Below, in pieces: positions 1 to 10,460 of a stretch of 58,982 nt of DNA. The notes below the pieces were generated by a model. It was not told where the DNA came from and did no database searches. It saw only the letters and a program-made list of their open reading frames with translations. The DNA lies in assembly GCA_964466315.1 (NCBI GenBank), contig CAYXNS010000001.1:81111-140092 (forward strand). The letters run 5' to 3'. The position numbers and the translations under genes are program-made. The DNA comes from an uncultured Gammaproteobacteria bacterium. Lineage in GTDB: Bacteria; Pseudomonadota; Gammaproteobacteria; Steroidobacterales; Rariloculaceae. Numbering within the stretch: position 1 is the first letter of the stretch; each line of letters starts with the position of its first letter.

Positions 1-213
1 TTACTGATCTCGGGGACGGGCGACGTCATCGAACCCGAGAACAATCTGCTCGCAATTGGCTCCGGCGGGGCATATGCTCAGGCGGCGGCGCAGGCGTTAC
101 TCGACAACACGGATCTCGATGCGCGAGCGATCGTCGAGAAAGCACTCGCCATTGCCGGCGACATCTGCATCTACACCAATCACCAGATCACGATCGAGGA
201 ACTCGGCCGGTAG
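1..213 (+). CDS. hslV: ATP-dependent protease peptidase subunit HslV (3' part, runs off window)
   Basis: Frame 1 reads [30 protein letters not shown]...[19 protein letters not shown], the HslV C-terminus; directly upstream of hslU. Not in the ORF track. Confidence 0.96.
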   Translation, partial: LLISGTGDVIEPENNLLAIGSGGAYAQAAAQALLDNTDLDARAIVEKALAIAGDICIYTNHQITIEELGR

Positions 214-227
214 ACGGCTTATCCGGC

Positions 228-1535
228 ATGTCGATGACTCCGAGAGAAATCGTCCAGGAACTGGACAAGCATATCGTCGGCCAGGTCGAGGCGAAACGCG
301 CGGTCGCGATCGCGCTTCGAAACCGCTGGCGCCGCGTGCAGGTCGGCGAGCCGCTCAGCAGCGAGATTACTCCGAAGAATATTCTCATGATCGGACCGAC
401 GGGTGTCGGCAAGACGGAGATAGCCCGACGCCTCGCTCGTCTTGCCCGCGTGCCGTTCATCAAGGTCGAAGCCACGAAGTTCACGGAAGTCGGCTATGTG
501 GGTCGCGAGGTCGATTCGATCGTTCGCGATCTCGCCGACATGGCCGTGAAGATGGTTCGCGAGGAGGAACTGACCAAAGTCAAGCATCGCGCTACGGATG
601 CTGCGGAAGACCGTTTGCTTGATGCGTTGTTACCCGGGTCGCAGGATATCGGCGACAGTAGCGAAACACGACAACGCTTTCGCAAAATGCTCCGGGAGGG
701 TGAGCTCGACGATCGCGAAATCGAGATCGAAGTAGAAGCCCCCGTGATTGGTGTCGAGATCATGGCCCCTCCCGGCATGGAGGAAATGACCAATCAGTTG
801 CAGAGCATGTTTCAAAACGTGTCGGGCGGTAGGCGCAACAAGCGAAAACTCAAAGTCGAAGCAGCTCTCAAACTTCTCACGGACGAGGAAGCGAGCAAGA
901 TGATCAACGACGAGGACATCAAGCTCAAGGCGCTCAACGCCGTGGAGCAGGATGGGATCGTATTCTTAGACGAGATCGACAAAGTTGCGCGACGCGCCGA
1001 GACGATGGGCGCGGACGTTTCGAGGGAGGGCGTGCAGCGTGATCTGTTGCCGCTCGTCGAGGGCTGCACCGTAAGCACGCGCTACGGCATGGTACGCACG
1101 GATCACGTATTGTTTATCGCATCTGGCGCCTTCACCGTAGCGAAGCCGTCGGATCTTATCCCCGAGTTGCAGGGACGATTCCCGATCCGCGTCGAACTCG
1201 ACGCACTGACTTCGGCCGACTTCGTCCGCATTCTCACGGAGCCCGACGCGTCGCTGACCGAGCAATACACGGCGCTAATGGGCACGGAGAAGGTCGAACT
1301 CGGTTTCGATACCGGGGGTATCGAGCGCATCGCCGAAGTGGCTTACCACGTGAACGAGCGTACAGAGAACATTGGGGCGCGACGGCTCCACACCGTCATG
1401 GAGAGACTCCTGGAGGTGGTCTCGTTCGAGGCAGCGGATAAGGGCGGGCAGTCTATCGTCGTCGACGCCGCCTACGTCGATGAGCATCTCGGTGAGCTCG
1501 TTCAGGATGAAGACCTCGCTCGTTATATTCTCTAA
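228..1535 (+). CDS. hslU: ATP-dependent protease ATPase subunit HslU
   Basis: [17 protein letters not shown], Walker [27 protein letters not shown]-terminal DLARYIL. Confidence 0.98.
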   Translation: MSMTPREIVQELDKHIVGQVEAKRAVAIALRNRWRRVQVGEPLSSEITPKNILMIGPTGVGKTEIARRLARLARVPFIKVEATKFTEVGYVGREVDSIVRDLADMAVKMVREEELTKVKHRATDAAEDRLLDALLPGSQDIGDSSETRQRFRKMLREGELDDREIEIEVEAPVIGVEIMAPPGMEEMTNQLQSMFQNVSGGRRNKRKLKVEAALKLLTDEEASKMINDEDIKLKALNAVEQDGIVFLDEIDKVARRAETMGADVSREGVQRDLLPLVEGCTVSTRYGMVRTDHVLFIASGAFTVAKPSDLIPELQGRFPIRVELDALTSADFVRILTEPDASLTEQYTALMGTEKVELGFDTGGIERIAEVAYHVNERTENIGARRLHTVMERLLEVVSFEAADKGGQSIVVDAAYVDEHLGELVQDEDLARYIL

Positions 1536-1934
1536 ATGGAGCACGCCCCGAGTCCCGTCGACATCAAGTTGCGGAATCGCTCGCGCAAACTCCAGATCAG
1601 TTTCTCCGACGGACGGCAATTCGCGCTGACAGCCGAGTATCTGCGTGTATTCTCGCCGTCTGCGGAAGTTCAGGGGCACGGCGGCAGCGAATCCGTGCTC
1701 GTTACGGGCAAGGAGAGGGTGGGGATCGAGAAGATCGAGCCCGTCGGCCGTTACGCGGTCAGGCTCGTATTCGACGACGGCCACGATACGGGCCTTTATA
1801 CCTGGCCTATACTCTACGACCTGGGCTCGGAATTTGAGAGCAATTGGCGGCGATACCTGACCCGGCTCGAAGAAGCGGGCGTAAGCTGCTCTCCGGCGGA
1901 ATCGAATGACGGACGAGAAGAACAAGAAGAATGA
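1536..1934 (+). CDS. DUF971 / gamma-butyrobetaine hydroxylase-like N-terminal domain protein
   Basis: EYLRVFSPSAEVQGHG and FDDGHDTGLYTW motifs; usual position between hslU and ubiE. Confidence 0.9.
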   Translation: MEHAPSPVDIKLRNRSRKLQISFSDGRQFALTAEYLRVFSPSAEVQGHGGSESVLVTGKERVGIEKIEPVGRYAVRLVFDDGHDTGLYTWPILYDLGSEFESNWRRYLTRLEEAGVSCSPAESNDGREEQEE

Positions 1935-2673
1935 TGACCTGACCGACTTCGGTTTCGAGTCCATTCCACGCGAGGACAAGAAGAGTAGAGTGCGCGGAGT
2001 CTTCGATTCCGTGGCGAGCCGCTACGACCTCATGAATGACCTAATGTCTGCCGGCGTGCATCGGCTCTGGAAGCGTGTGACAGTTGCAAAGAGCGGCCTT
2101 AAAGCCGGAGACGCTGCACTCGATATCGCGGCCGGCAGCGGTGACCTGAGTCTCGGGCTCGCGCGACAGGTCGGCCCGACCGGCTCAATCTACGTGACCG
2201 ACATCAACAAGAAGATGCTCACCGTCGGACGCGACCGTCTCATCGATGCTGGCTGCGCCGGCAACGTCTACTACGTTCAGGCAGACGCGGAGCAGCTGCC
2301 TTTCAGGTCGCGCAAATTCGACTGCGTGACTATAGGTTTCGGCCTCAGAAATATGACGGACAAGGCTGCCGCGCTCGCATCGATGTTACGGGTATTGAAG
2401 CCGGGTGGGCGGCTTATGGTTCTCGAGTTTTCCACCCCGCGAATCGGCCCTCTGGAGCCACTCTACGATTTTTATAGCTTGCAGGTCCTGCCGAGATTGG
2501 GCGAACTCGTTCTCGACGATGCCGGTAGCTATCGATATCTCGCCGAATCGATTCGAAAGCAGCCCGATCAGGACGAACTCAAAGCACTCATGACGCAGCA
2601 GGGCTTCGAGCGCTGCGAATATCTCAACTTCTCCGGTGGGATCGTGGCGCTGCACCTCGGTTACCGAATCTAG
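1906..2673 (+). CDS. ubiE: Ubiquinone/menaquinone C-methyltransferase
   Basis: VFDSVASRYDLMNDLMSAGVHRLWK, LDIAAGSGD, GFGLRN, YLAESIR. Confidence 0.97.
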   Translation: MTDEKNKKNDDLTDFGFESIPREDKKSRVRGVFDSVASRYDLMNDLMSAGVHRLWKRVTVAKSGLKAGDAALDIAAGSGDLSLGLARQVGPTGSIYVTDINKKMLTVGRDRLIDAGCAGNVYYVQADAEQLPFRSRKFDCVTIGFGLRNMTDKAAALASMLRVLKPGGRLMVLEFSTPRIGPLEPLYDFYSLQVLPRLGELVLDDAGSYRYLAESIRKQPDQDELKALMTQQGFERCEYLNFSGGIVALHLGYRI

Positions 2674-2686
2674 GATCGAGTCTCTC

Positions 2687-3295
2687 GTGAAACCGTCTCT
2701 TCTCGCCGTCGCAGAACAGGTATTGAACGCTCATGTTCATGACTCCACGGCGGCAATGGATCGGCTCTCGACGCTCGAGGGAAAGCGCATCGCTGTCGAT
2801 ATCGCCGGGCTGGGGATCACGATCGTACTGTCGGCAAAGGAAGAGCGGCTACGCGTAGAACTCGAGGGCGAGGCGCCGGCAACGGCCACGGTGCGCGGTA
2901 CACCTCTCGCGTTGCTCGCGTCGCTGCGTGGCGACCCCCTCGGCAGCTTCGGCGGCGGTGGGCTCGCGGTGACTGGCGACGCCGAAGTCGCGGAAGAGTT
3001 CTCGACCTTGTTGCGTCTCACACGACCAGACTTGGAAGAACAGCTCTCCCACATCATGGGGGACGTGCTCGCGCACCAGATCGAAAACGCGGTTTGCGGA
3101 GCCGGCAATTGGGGCGAACAGGCGCTTACCGCTCTGTGCATGAACACCTCTGAGTTTCTGCAGGAAGAGAGCCGTCAACTGCCGGCACGCGTGGAAGTCG
3201 ACGGATTTTTCACGGCAGTCGAGATACTGCGAGACGATGCCGAGCGGGTCGCAGTCAAGATCGACCGGCACATTAGAGCGGCGGATAGAGGCTAG
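2687..3295 (+). CDS. ubiJ: Ubiquinone biosynthesis accessory factor (SCP2 domain)
   Basis: Between ubiE and ubiB; GDAEVAEEF...PDLEEQLS..GDVLAH, EFLQEE motifs. Start placed at GTG 2687 to avoid overlap with ubiE. Confidence 0.88.
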   Translation: MKPSLLAVAEQVLNAHVHDSTAAMDRLSTLEGKRIAVDIAGLGITIVLSAKEERLRVELEGEAPATATVRGTPLALLASLRGDPLGSFGGGGLAVTGDAEVAEEFSTLLRLTRPDLEEQLSHIMGDVLAHQIENAVCGAGNWGEQALTALCMNTSEFLQEESRQLPARVEVDGFFTAVEILRDDAERVAVKIDRHIRAADRG

Positions 3296-3304
3296 CGACG
3301 CGAG

Positions 3305-4927
3305 ATGCGCAGCTATCGCCTAGTGTTCCGTCTTCTGACGATTCAGCGCGTGCTGATCAAGTACGGTCTCGATGAATTCGTCTGGGCGACCCATATGCTT
3401 AGACCCATCGGCTGGCTGCGCCGTCTGTTGCCCAGATCGCGGGCTCGCCGAGAGCCTCTTGGTGTGAGGATTCGCCTTGCACTCGAGGAACTTGGACCGA
3501 TTTTCGTCAAATTCGGTCAAGCGGTCTCTACGCGCGGCGATCTCCTGCCCGCCGAGGTCGCACTGGAACTCAGTAAGCTTCAGGATCAGGTTCCGCCTTT
3601 CGATTCCGAGATCGCAGTGGAGATTCTCGAGCAAGCGTACGGCGAGAGTGTCGACGAGATCTTCGCAGAGTTCGAGCGGCAGCCGCTGGCTGCGGCCTCC
3701 GTAGCGCAAGTGCACGCGGCCCGGCTCGATAGCGGTGAGGCTGTCGTCGTGAAACTCCTGCGCCCTGGTGTGCGCGCGCGTATCAATCGCGACCTCGAGG
3801 TGCTCTATGCTGTCGCCGGTCTTGCGGAGCGCTATTGGCAGGACGGTAGGAGACTGAGGCCGGTGGAAGTCGTGACCGAGTTCGAGAAGACGCTCGGTAG
3901 AGAACTCGATCTGATGCGGGAAGCGGCAAACGCGGCCCAACTCCGGCGCAACTTCGAAGGTTCCGCTCAGCTTTACGTGCCGGCGGTCTACTGGGACTAC
4001 TGCCGGCCCAACGTTCTGACCATGGAGCGGATCTCGGGTATTCCTATCAGCGATATTGCCGCACTCAGAGAGCGTGGAACGAATATCGTTCGATTGGCGG
4101 AGAATGGTGTCGAAATCTTCTTCACTCAGGTTTTCAGGCACAATTTCTTCCATGCGGATATGCATCCCGGCAACATCTTCGTCGACGTCAAGGATCCGGA
4201 TCACCCGCGTTACGTCGCGGTCGATTTCGGCATAGTTGGTAGTCTCAGCGCTCGCGATCAACACTATTTAGCGGGAAATTTTCTCGCGTTCTTCAAACGC
4301 GATTATCGGCGCGTCGCGAAGTTACATGTCGACTCGGGATGGGTTCCGTCGGATACACGCGTGGACGAACTCGAGTCGGCTGTTAGGGCCGTCTGTGAGC
4401 CGATATTCAACAAGCCGTTGAAGGACATCTCTTTCGGGCTCGTCTTGCTGAGATTGTTCGAGACTGCGCGACAGTTTCGTATGGAAGTCCAGCCGCAACT
4501 CGTACTATTGCAGAAGACTCTGCTCAACATCGAGGGCCTCGGCAGGCAGCTGTATCCGGAACTCGATCTTTGGCAGACCGCCAAACCGTTTCTCGAAGAG
4601 TGGATGAGGCAGCGGACCAACCCGAAGGCTCACGTCGAACAGCTACTCAGGAGCTGGCCCGAGATCAATGAGGGTCTTCTGCTGCTACCGGAGGTCGTCC
4701 ATCGCGTCTTGCGGCGCCTCGTCGACGATGATACTGAAAGTCCGCCTCGAGACAATGCGCCGCGCGCGGGCAGATTCCTTCGGCTTACCGGGGCTGCGGA
4801 CATCACCGTATCGGGTGCAGCGTTGTTGCTCGCCGGCGTACTCTGGATCGGCCTCGAGGCGGCGCCGGGCTGGCTCGGATGGGTCGCGGCGGCAGCCGGG
4901 TTGGCGATCAGCCTGCGGCCGCGCTAG
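3305..4927 (+). CDS. ubiB: Ubiquinone biosynthesis regulatory protein kinase
   Basis: LGPIFVKFGQ, LQDQVPPF, AAASVAQVH, FFHADMHPGN, DFGIVG; C-terminal TM helices. Confidence 0.97.
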   Translation: MRSYRLVFRLLTIQRVLIKYGLDEFVWATHMLRPIGWLRRLLPRSRARREPLGVRIRLALEELGPIFVKFGQAVSTRGDLLPAEVALELSKLQDQVPPFDSEIAVEILEQAYGESVDEIFAEFERQPLAAASVAQVHAARLDSGEAVVVKLLRPGVRARINRDLEVLYAVAGLAERYWQDGRRLRPVEVVTEFEKTLGRELDLMREAANAAQLRRNFEGSAQLYVPAVYWDYCRPNVLTMERISGIPISDIAALRERGTNIVRLAENGVEIFFTQVFRHNFFHADMHPGNIFVDVKDPDHPRYVAVDFGIVGSLSARDQHYLAGNFLAFFKRDYRRVAKLHVDSGWVPSDTRVDELESAVRAVCEPIFNKPLKDISFGLVLLRLFETARQFRMEVQPQLVLLQKTLLNIEGLGRQLYPELDLWQTAKPFLEEWMRQRTNPKAHVEQLLRSWPEINEGLLLLPEVVHRVLRRLVDDDTESPPRDNAPRAGRFLRLTGAADITVSGAALLLAGVLWIGLEAAPGWLGWVAAAAGLAISLRPR

Positions 4928-5703
4928 CGCGGCTGACCGACGGACGAGTCATCTCCGAGTTCCGTCATTGTGACGATTATACTGGCCAGGGCCTCATCGA
5001 TCCGTTGTTCGTCGGTGCCGCGCACGACGAGGTTCGCGCCGAATCGGCCGTCGCGCGCGAAAGGATAGCTGCCGATATCGATTTCTGGATACTCCGCGGC
5101 AATAAGCTCGAGCGGTTCGGCGATATCACCTTCGCGTAGAAATACGTCGACATTTCTCGAGTAGATCGGCGGCCCGGCCGCCAGGTCAGTGGCGATGGTC
5201 TCGAACATCGCGCGCGCTATCCTCGGGATGCCGGCGAGGACGAATACGTTCTCGACACGAAACCCGGGAGCATTGCTCAGGGGATTCTCGATCAGTGTCG
5301 CTCCCTCCGGTACGCGGGCCATCTTCAGGCGCGCCTCATTGAGTTCGAACGAGCCGCGCCGCAAGCATACGACGGCATCCTCATCGAGTATCAACCCTCG
5401 CCCGAAGGCCGCTGCAATGCATTGGGCCGTGATATCGTCGTGCGTCGGACCGATCCCACCGGTCGTGAAGACGTAGTCGAATCGTGCCCGGCACTCGTTC
5501 ACGGTCGAGACGATGATGTCTTTATCGTCGGGAAGTACGCGTGCCTCGACGAGACGGACGCCCAACGTCGCGAGTTCCGAGCCGAGATACTGCAGATTGA
5601 CGTCCTGTGTCTTGCCCGAGAGGATCTCGTTGCCGATCAGGAGAACGGCGGCGGTTGGGGAAGCCGAGTCTTGGTCTGTATCGTTTGTCATACCTGTCGT
5701 CAC
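4924..5703 (-). CDS. CinA-like / molybdopterin-binding domain protein (COG1058)
   Basis: IGNEILSGKTQDVN, TTGGIGPTHDDIT, IGSYPF; start may be ATG 5691. Confidence 0.9.
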   Translation of the reverse strand: MTTGMTNDTDQDSASPTAAVLLIGNEILSGKTQDVNLQYLGSELATLGVRLVEARVLPDDKDIIVSTVNECRARFDYVFTTGGIGPTHDDITAQCIAAAFGRGLILDEDAVVCLRRGSFELNEARLKMARVPEGATLIENPLSNAPGFRVENVFVLAGIPRIARAMFETIATDLAAGPPIYSRNVDVFLREGDIAEPLELIAAEYPEIDIGSYPFARDGRFGANLVVRGTDEQRIDEALASIIVTMTELGDDSSVGQPR

Positions 5704-6632
5704 TGCGTACCTCTCAGGGAAAACGTGGCGATCAACGGATAGTGATCGGAACCAAACGCGGATCCACGGCGGAAAGTGTGGATGCGTATATCGCCGCTGA
5801 AGGCGTAATGATCTATGAGAATTCCGAGTAAGGGCAAGAAAGTTGGCCAGCTGATCGTGGGGCCCGCCGCCTGTGCTGTACTCCGCAGCCCATTCGCCGC
5901 GAGCCAGGCGGAGAATATTGGAGAATACGTTGTGATATTAAAGTCTCCGACGATCATGACGGGCTCCGTTCGATCATCGAGCAGTTTACCGATCTCCGCC
6001 AGTTGTTGATTTCTGGCGGTAGACCAATCGCGGTTCACCGGTGGTTGTAGATGCACGCCGAGGAGCCGGAGGCTTTGTCCGGCGTGCTTGATCCGGGCCG
6101 ATATCGCGGGCGTGCCGAGTAAGTCGGCCGACTCCGGGTCGATGATCGGGATGCGCGAGAGCAGTGCGATGCCGAAACGGCCCGACCGCGGCATCTCGAT
6201 TCGATAAGGATAAGTTTCCGCAAGCGGGGCGATGGCGTTTTGCCACGCTGTGGTGATCTCGAGGAGAAAGACCAGATCCGGAGGCTCCTGCATGATGAGC
6301 TCGATGAGCGCGTCGAAATCTGTATTCGCTGAGTTCACGTTGACGTTCATGATCGAGATCTGCTCACTCGCAGACCCCGGCGGCTCGGCGGAAGGCCAAT
6401 TGCTGTACACGGGGACGGTGCTGATCGCCACGAACGGCAAAAAAGCCAACGAGGCACGCCAGCGGCGCCGGCTTGCGAGCAGCAGGAGGATGACGGCAGA
6501 GAGCACGAGATACTGAACGCGAAAGTGAGAAAACAGATCGAATGCCCACCAGAGGTTGGCGAGCAGCGGTAAAGCGCTCGCGGTTGCTATACCGACGGCG
6601 ATTAGTGTTATTAGCCGGTCAGGATACTTCAC
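5700..6632 (-). CDS. Membrane-anchored endonuclease/exonuclease/phosphatase family protein
   Basis: N-terminal TM segments with DLFSHFRVQY; GDFN, IDH and GSDHYP EEP motifs. Confidence 0.88.
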   Translation of the reverse strand: MKYPDRLITLIAVGIATASALPLLANLWWAFDLFSHFRVQYLVLSAVILLLLASRRRWRASLAFLPFVAISTVPVYSNWPSAEPPGSASEQISIMNVNVNSANTDFDALIELIMQEPPDLVFLLEITTAWQNAIAPLAETYPYRIEMPRSGRFGIALLSRIPIIDPESADLLGTPAISARIKHAGQSLRLLGVHLQPPVNRDWSTARNQQLAEIGKLLDDRTEPVMIVGDFNITTYSPIFSAWLAANGLRSTAQAAGPTISWPTFLPLLGILIDHYAFSGDIRIHTFRRGSAFGSDHYPLIATFSLRGTQ

Positions 6633-6667
6633 TGGCAGTCATCCACGTTCTTGGGTAATCAGCCGCT

Positions 6668-6976
6668 TCACGTGGTCGCCGTACCGCAACTCCAGCACAC
6701 GGCGAATTGCGGTTCATTTAACTCCTTGCATGCACCACAACGCCACTGTGCCGCGTCATCCAGCGGCGCGTCGAGGTCCCGCAGTAGCGCGCTCGCGCAT
6801 GCTAAATCCGCGTCGTCGAGTATCCAGAGTTCCGGCAGGCACTCGAGGAAGGGAATCTCACCGAGTCCGCCGGATAGTTGAGTGTTCTTGATTACGCAGG
6901 CAATCCCGGATTGCTCCAGCACGTTCTTCAGATGGCCGATGTAGGCGAGCGATTCATTGGTGGTGATCCTCTTCAT
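6668..6976 (-). CDS. DUF2007-type protein with C-terminal zinc ribbon
   Basis: HLKNVLEQSGIACVIKN..GGLGEIPF..PELW, then W-x-C-x2-C...C-W-x-C. Confidence 0.82.
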   Translation of the reverse strand: MKRITTNESLAYIGHLKNVLEQSGIACVIKNTQLSGGLGEIPFLECLPELWILDDADLACASALLRDLDAPLDDAAQWRCGACKELNEPQFAVCWSCGTATT

Positions 6977-7035
6977 CGGCGCTTCGTTTAAAGCTGCCTA
7001 TGCCGGAAGACCTGGAAGTTGCGACCCAGTCGCGT

Positions 7036-7797
7036 TCACGGACGCAACGCCGTCAAGAACTTACCGGGGCTCTGGCCGGACTCAAGTGCCTCGAGCAGCG
7101 CCGAGCCGACGATGACGCCATCGGCATGTTCTGCGATGAGTCTGACCTGTGCTCGTTCCCGAACACCAAATCCTGCGCAGACCGGTAGCTTAGAGGCGCT
7201 CTTCACGGCCGCGAGGTACCCGGCGATCTCATCGGGCAGGTCCTCGCTGCCACCCGTTATGCCCGCGCGCGTCACAGCGTAGACGAACCCTTCGCTAACG
7301 GCGCAGAGATTCGCGAGCCGTGCGGCCGGTGTCGCGGGCGTTACGAGTTGCACGAGCGCTAGGCCCTTCGCGTCAAGCGCGGTCTTCAACGGTGCGCTCT
7401 CCTCGAAGGGGAGGTCCGGCACGATGAAGCCACCAACGCCGGTCTCCGTTGCGCGATTGGCGAGCCGTTCGAAACCGAACGCGAAGAGTGGATTCAGGTA
7501 GCTCATGAGCAATATGGGTGCCGGGAGTTTGAACTCGCACGATGCGAGTTGATCAAAAATCCAGCTCAGGCTGACACCGTTCTGCAAAGCGACTTGACTC
7601 GCACGCTGGACCGTCACACCATCCGCCATCGGATCCGTGAACGGCACGCCGATTTCTACGGCATCGGCAGCCTCGGCGACCTCGCGCAGAACGTCGAGGA
7701 ATCGTCCCGTGTCCGGATAACCAGCAGTAAAGAACGCGACCAATGCCGGTCCTCCGTCGCGCGTGAGCGCCTCACGTAGTTGCTCACGCGGCTGCAT
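7036..7797 (-). CDS. trpA: Tryptophan synthase alpha chain
   Basis: EIGVPFTDPMADG, VPDLP, AGFGV, DGVIVGSAL. Confidence 0.96.
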   Translation of the reverse strand: MQPREQLREALTRDGGPALVAFFTAGYPDTGRFLDVLREVAEAADAVEIGVPFTDPMADGVTVQRASQVALQNGVSLSWIFDQLASCEFKLPAPILLMSYLNPLFAFGFERLANRATETGVGGFIVPDLPFEESAPLKTALDAKGLALVQLVTPATPAARLANLCAVSEGFVYAVTRAGITGGSEDLPDEIAGYLAAVKSASKLPVCAGFGVRERAQVRLIAEHADGVIVGSALLEALESGQSPGKFLTALRP

Positions 7798-9034
7798 CGA
7801 CGCTCCCCTTTCCGGCGTTCACGGGATGTTCGGCGAGTATGGGCATGTCCTTGTCGCCTCGGCCCGACATGCTGATCATAATCCGTGCCCCGGGCTGTGT
7901 CTCGGCCCACCGTCTCGCACCGGCCAGCGCATGCGCCGATTCCAGTGCGGGCAGAATGCCCTCGAGCGAACAGCATTCGTCGAGTGCGTCCAGCGCCTCC
8001 TCGTCACTGGCCGTGACGTAGTCCACGCGACCGACGAGCTGCAGCAACGAGTGCTCCGGACCGACACCCGGATAGTCGAGGCCGGCCGAGACCGAATGAG
8101 TCTCCTGAATCTGGCCATCGTCGTCGTAGAGCAGCATCGTGTGGGTACCGTGGAGAACACCGGGACGGCCTCCCGCAAGCGTCGCCGAGTTGTCGCCGAG
8201 AGCGTGTCCGCGGCCGCCGGCCTCAATGCCGAACAGCTTCACCTCGCGGTCGGCGAGAAAGCCGTAAAAGAGTCCGATTGCATTCGAACCGCCGCCGACG
8301 CAGGCGAAAGCCGCGTCCGGTAGCCCGGCGCGTGCGACGAGTTGCTCCCGTGCCTCGCGGCCGATTACGGCCTGCAGTTCACGGACGAGATAGGGATAGG
8401 GGTGCGGGCCGATTGCGGAACCGAGCAAGTAATAAGTGCCCTCCGGATCCGAGACCCAATCACGCATCGCCTCGTCGATTGCGGCACGCAGCGTGCGATC
8501 ACCTGAGGTGACGGGTATGACTTCCGAGCCGAGGCGAATCATGCGGTCGACATTCGGAGCCTGGCGGGCCACGTCGACTTCGCCCATATACACGGTACAG
8601 GGCAGCCCAACCCTCGCGCAGGCCGCAGCGGAAGCGACGCCATGCTGCCCCGCGCCGGTTTCGGCTACGACCCGGCTTGCACCTAGAACCCGCGCCAGCA
8701 GGGCCTGGCCTATCGTGTTGTTGATTTTGTGAGCGCCCGTGTGCGCGAGATCCTCGCGTTTCAACCAGATCTCGGCGCCCCAGTGCTCAGACAGCCGCGG
8801 CGCCCGCGTCAGTGCCGTCGGACGGCCGACCCACCCGGTCAGTTCTTCCGTAAGCCTTCGTTGAAATTCCGGATCGGGCAGGTAGCGGTAGACGCCTTCC
8901 GTGAGCCGGTCGATCGCCGGCATTAGCGTCTCGGGTACGTAGCGGCCACCGAAGGGCCCGAAGCGGCCCTCAGCGTCGGGAAGCTCGCCGGCCAGGAGTG
9001 CTTCGAACAGCTTGTCGTGTTCCTTACTCGTCAT
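7784..9034 (-). CDS. trpB: Tryptophan synthase beta chain
   Basis: KREDLAHTGAHKINN, AETGAGQHG, GGGSNA, SAGLDYPGVGPEH, SGRGDKD. Confidence 0.98.
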   Translation of the reverse strand: MTSKEHDKLFEALLAGELPDAEGRFGPFGGRYVPETLMPAIDRLTEGVYRYLPDPEFQRRLTEELTGWVGRPTALTRAPRLSEHWGAEIWLKREDLAHTGAHKINNTIGQALLARVLGASRVVAETGAGQHGVASAAACARVGLPCTVYMGEVDVARQAPNVDRMIRLGSEVIPVTSGDRTLRAAIDEAMRDWVSDPEGTYYLLGSAIGPHPYPYLVRELQAVIGREAREQLVARAGLPDAAFACVGGGSNAIGLFYGFLADREVKLFGIEAGGRGHALGDNSATLAGGRPGVLHGTHTMLLYDDDGQIQETHSVSAGLDYPGVGPEHSLLQLVGRVDYVTASDEEALDALDECCSLEGILPALESAHALAGARRWAETQPGARIMISMSGRGDKDMPILAEHPVNAGKGSVDAAA

Positions 9035-9621
9035 TGCGGTCTCTCCGCCGCCCGGACACGGGCGATAAATTGTTCGATTCTTTTCGGGTCCTTCTTACCA
9101 CGCCCGCTCTCTACGCCACTGGAGACGTCGACGCCCCAGGGGTCGACAGCCTGAATCGCGTCCGTCACGTTGTCCGCATCCAGCCCTCCGGCGAGAATCA
9201 TCTGGGTCTCGGCAGCAATAGCCGTGGCCTCGCGCCAGTCAGCGAGCTCGCCGCGGCCGCTCTCACACCCCTCGAACAGGATGCGTCGCGGCGGCGTGAC
9301 CGGGGCCATCTGAGCGTTCCGGTAGACCGGCAGCGGCTCGCAGCCTGCGGGAAGCTCGAGCGCTGGAAAATCCTCGGCATCGGCCTGAAGCCAGTCCGGA
9401 GCGAACCCGTCCCGAACGGCCTGCCACTCGGCGGCGGTCGGATGACGCATTACGGCTACACGGATGAGATTACCGGGAAAATCCCTGCAGAGTTGCGCGG
9501 CCCAGTCCGGGGTAACGCGACGTGGCGACTCGGCGAAAACAAAACCGACCGCGTCTGCGCCGGCCCCGACGGCTGCCTGGGTGGCATCGGAACTCGTCAG
9601 GCCACAGATTTTTATGAACAC
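9031..9621 (-). CDS. trpF: Phosphoribosylanthranilate isomerase
   Basis: IKICGL, GFVFAESPRRV, LAGGL, GVDVSSGVE. Confidence 0.95.
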   Translation of the reverse strand: MFIKICGLTSSDATQAAVGAGADAVGFVFAESPRRVTPDWAAQLCRDFPGNLIRVAVMRHPTAAEWQAVRDGFAPDWLQADAEDFPALELPAGCEPLPVYRNAQMAPVTPPRRILFEGCESGRGELADWREATAIAAETQMILAGGLDADNVTDAIQAVDPWGVDVSSGVESGRGKKDPKRIEQFIARVRAAERPQ

Positions 9622-10460
9622 GCTCGCATCTCCCTGCGCTGCTCGGTGCCAGCAGAGATGAGCCGAGTCACGGCTTCGGCGGGTTCTTCGGCCTGCATGA
9701 GGGCAGAGCCCACGAGTGCTGCGCGATAACCCAGCGCAGCGACTGCGCGAATCTCGTTTTCCTTCCCGACGCCGCTCTCCGCGACGGCCTTGAGTCCATC
9801 GGGCAGATAGTCGGCAAGGGCCGCGAAGCGGCCGAAGTCAACTGCCAATGTCTTCAAGTCGCGGCAGTTGACGCCACACAATACGGGCGTGTTTTCGGAC
9901 GCGAGCCGGGGTCCGGCCAGTGTAGCGATTCGCTTGAGATCTTCGGCGTCGAACGCCTCCAGCAAAACGAACAAGCCGCACTCGCGCGCGGCAGTGAGCA
10001 GCGCTTCAACCTCGACATCGGTAAGCATCGTCATGATGATGAGGACACCGCCGGCGCCGGCCGCCCTGGCTTCCAGCACCTGATAGGGATCGGTCAGGAA
10101 ATCCTTTCTCATCGCAGGGACACCGCGCGGTTCGAGAAGTGTCGCCGCTTCCTCGAGATGGGACAGGGCGCCTTTGAATTCGTCGGGCTCCGTCAACACC
10201 GAGATCGTCGCTGCGCCCCCGCGCGCGTAGGCGTCGAGCTGTGCTTCGCGATCGAAGCCAGTCTTGGCCAGCGATCCGGCCGCGGGCGAGCGCAGTTTCA
10301 ACTCCGCGATGAGATCGAATTCGCCGAACGCCAACTTCGGCGGATCGGCCTTGACCATGGCTCGGGCGCGCAGTGCAGTCTCCGATTCCTCGGCGATGGC
10401 GAGCTCTACGCGCGCGCGGCTCGTGCGCGCCATACGCTCTAAGAACGAGTCATCTGTCAC
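9612..10460 (-). CDS. trpC: Indole-3-glycerol phosphate synthase
   Basis: IAELKLRSP, ISVLTEP, RKDF..DPYQV, GVNCRDL, AESG, LVGSALM. Confidence 0.95.
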   Translation of the reverse strand: MTDDSFLERMARTSRARVELAIAEESETALRARAMVKADPPKLAFGEFDLIAELKLRSPAAGSLAKTGFDREAQLDAYARGGAATISVLTEPDEFKGALSHLEEAATLLEPRGVPAMRKDFLTDPYQVLEARAAGAGGVLIIMTMLTDVEVEALLTAARECGLFVLLEAFDAEDLKRIATLAGPRLASENTPVLCGVNCRDLKTLAVDFGRFAALADYLPDGLKAVAESGVGKENEIRAVAALGYRAALVGSALMQAEEPAEAVTRLISAGTEQRREMRACS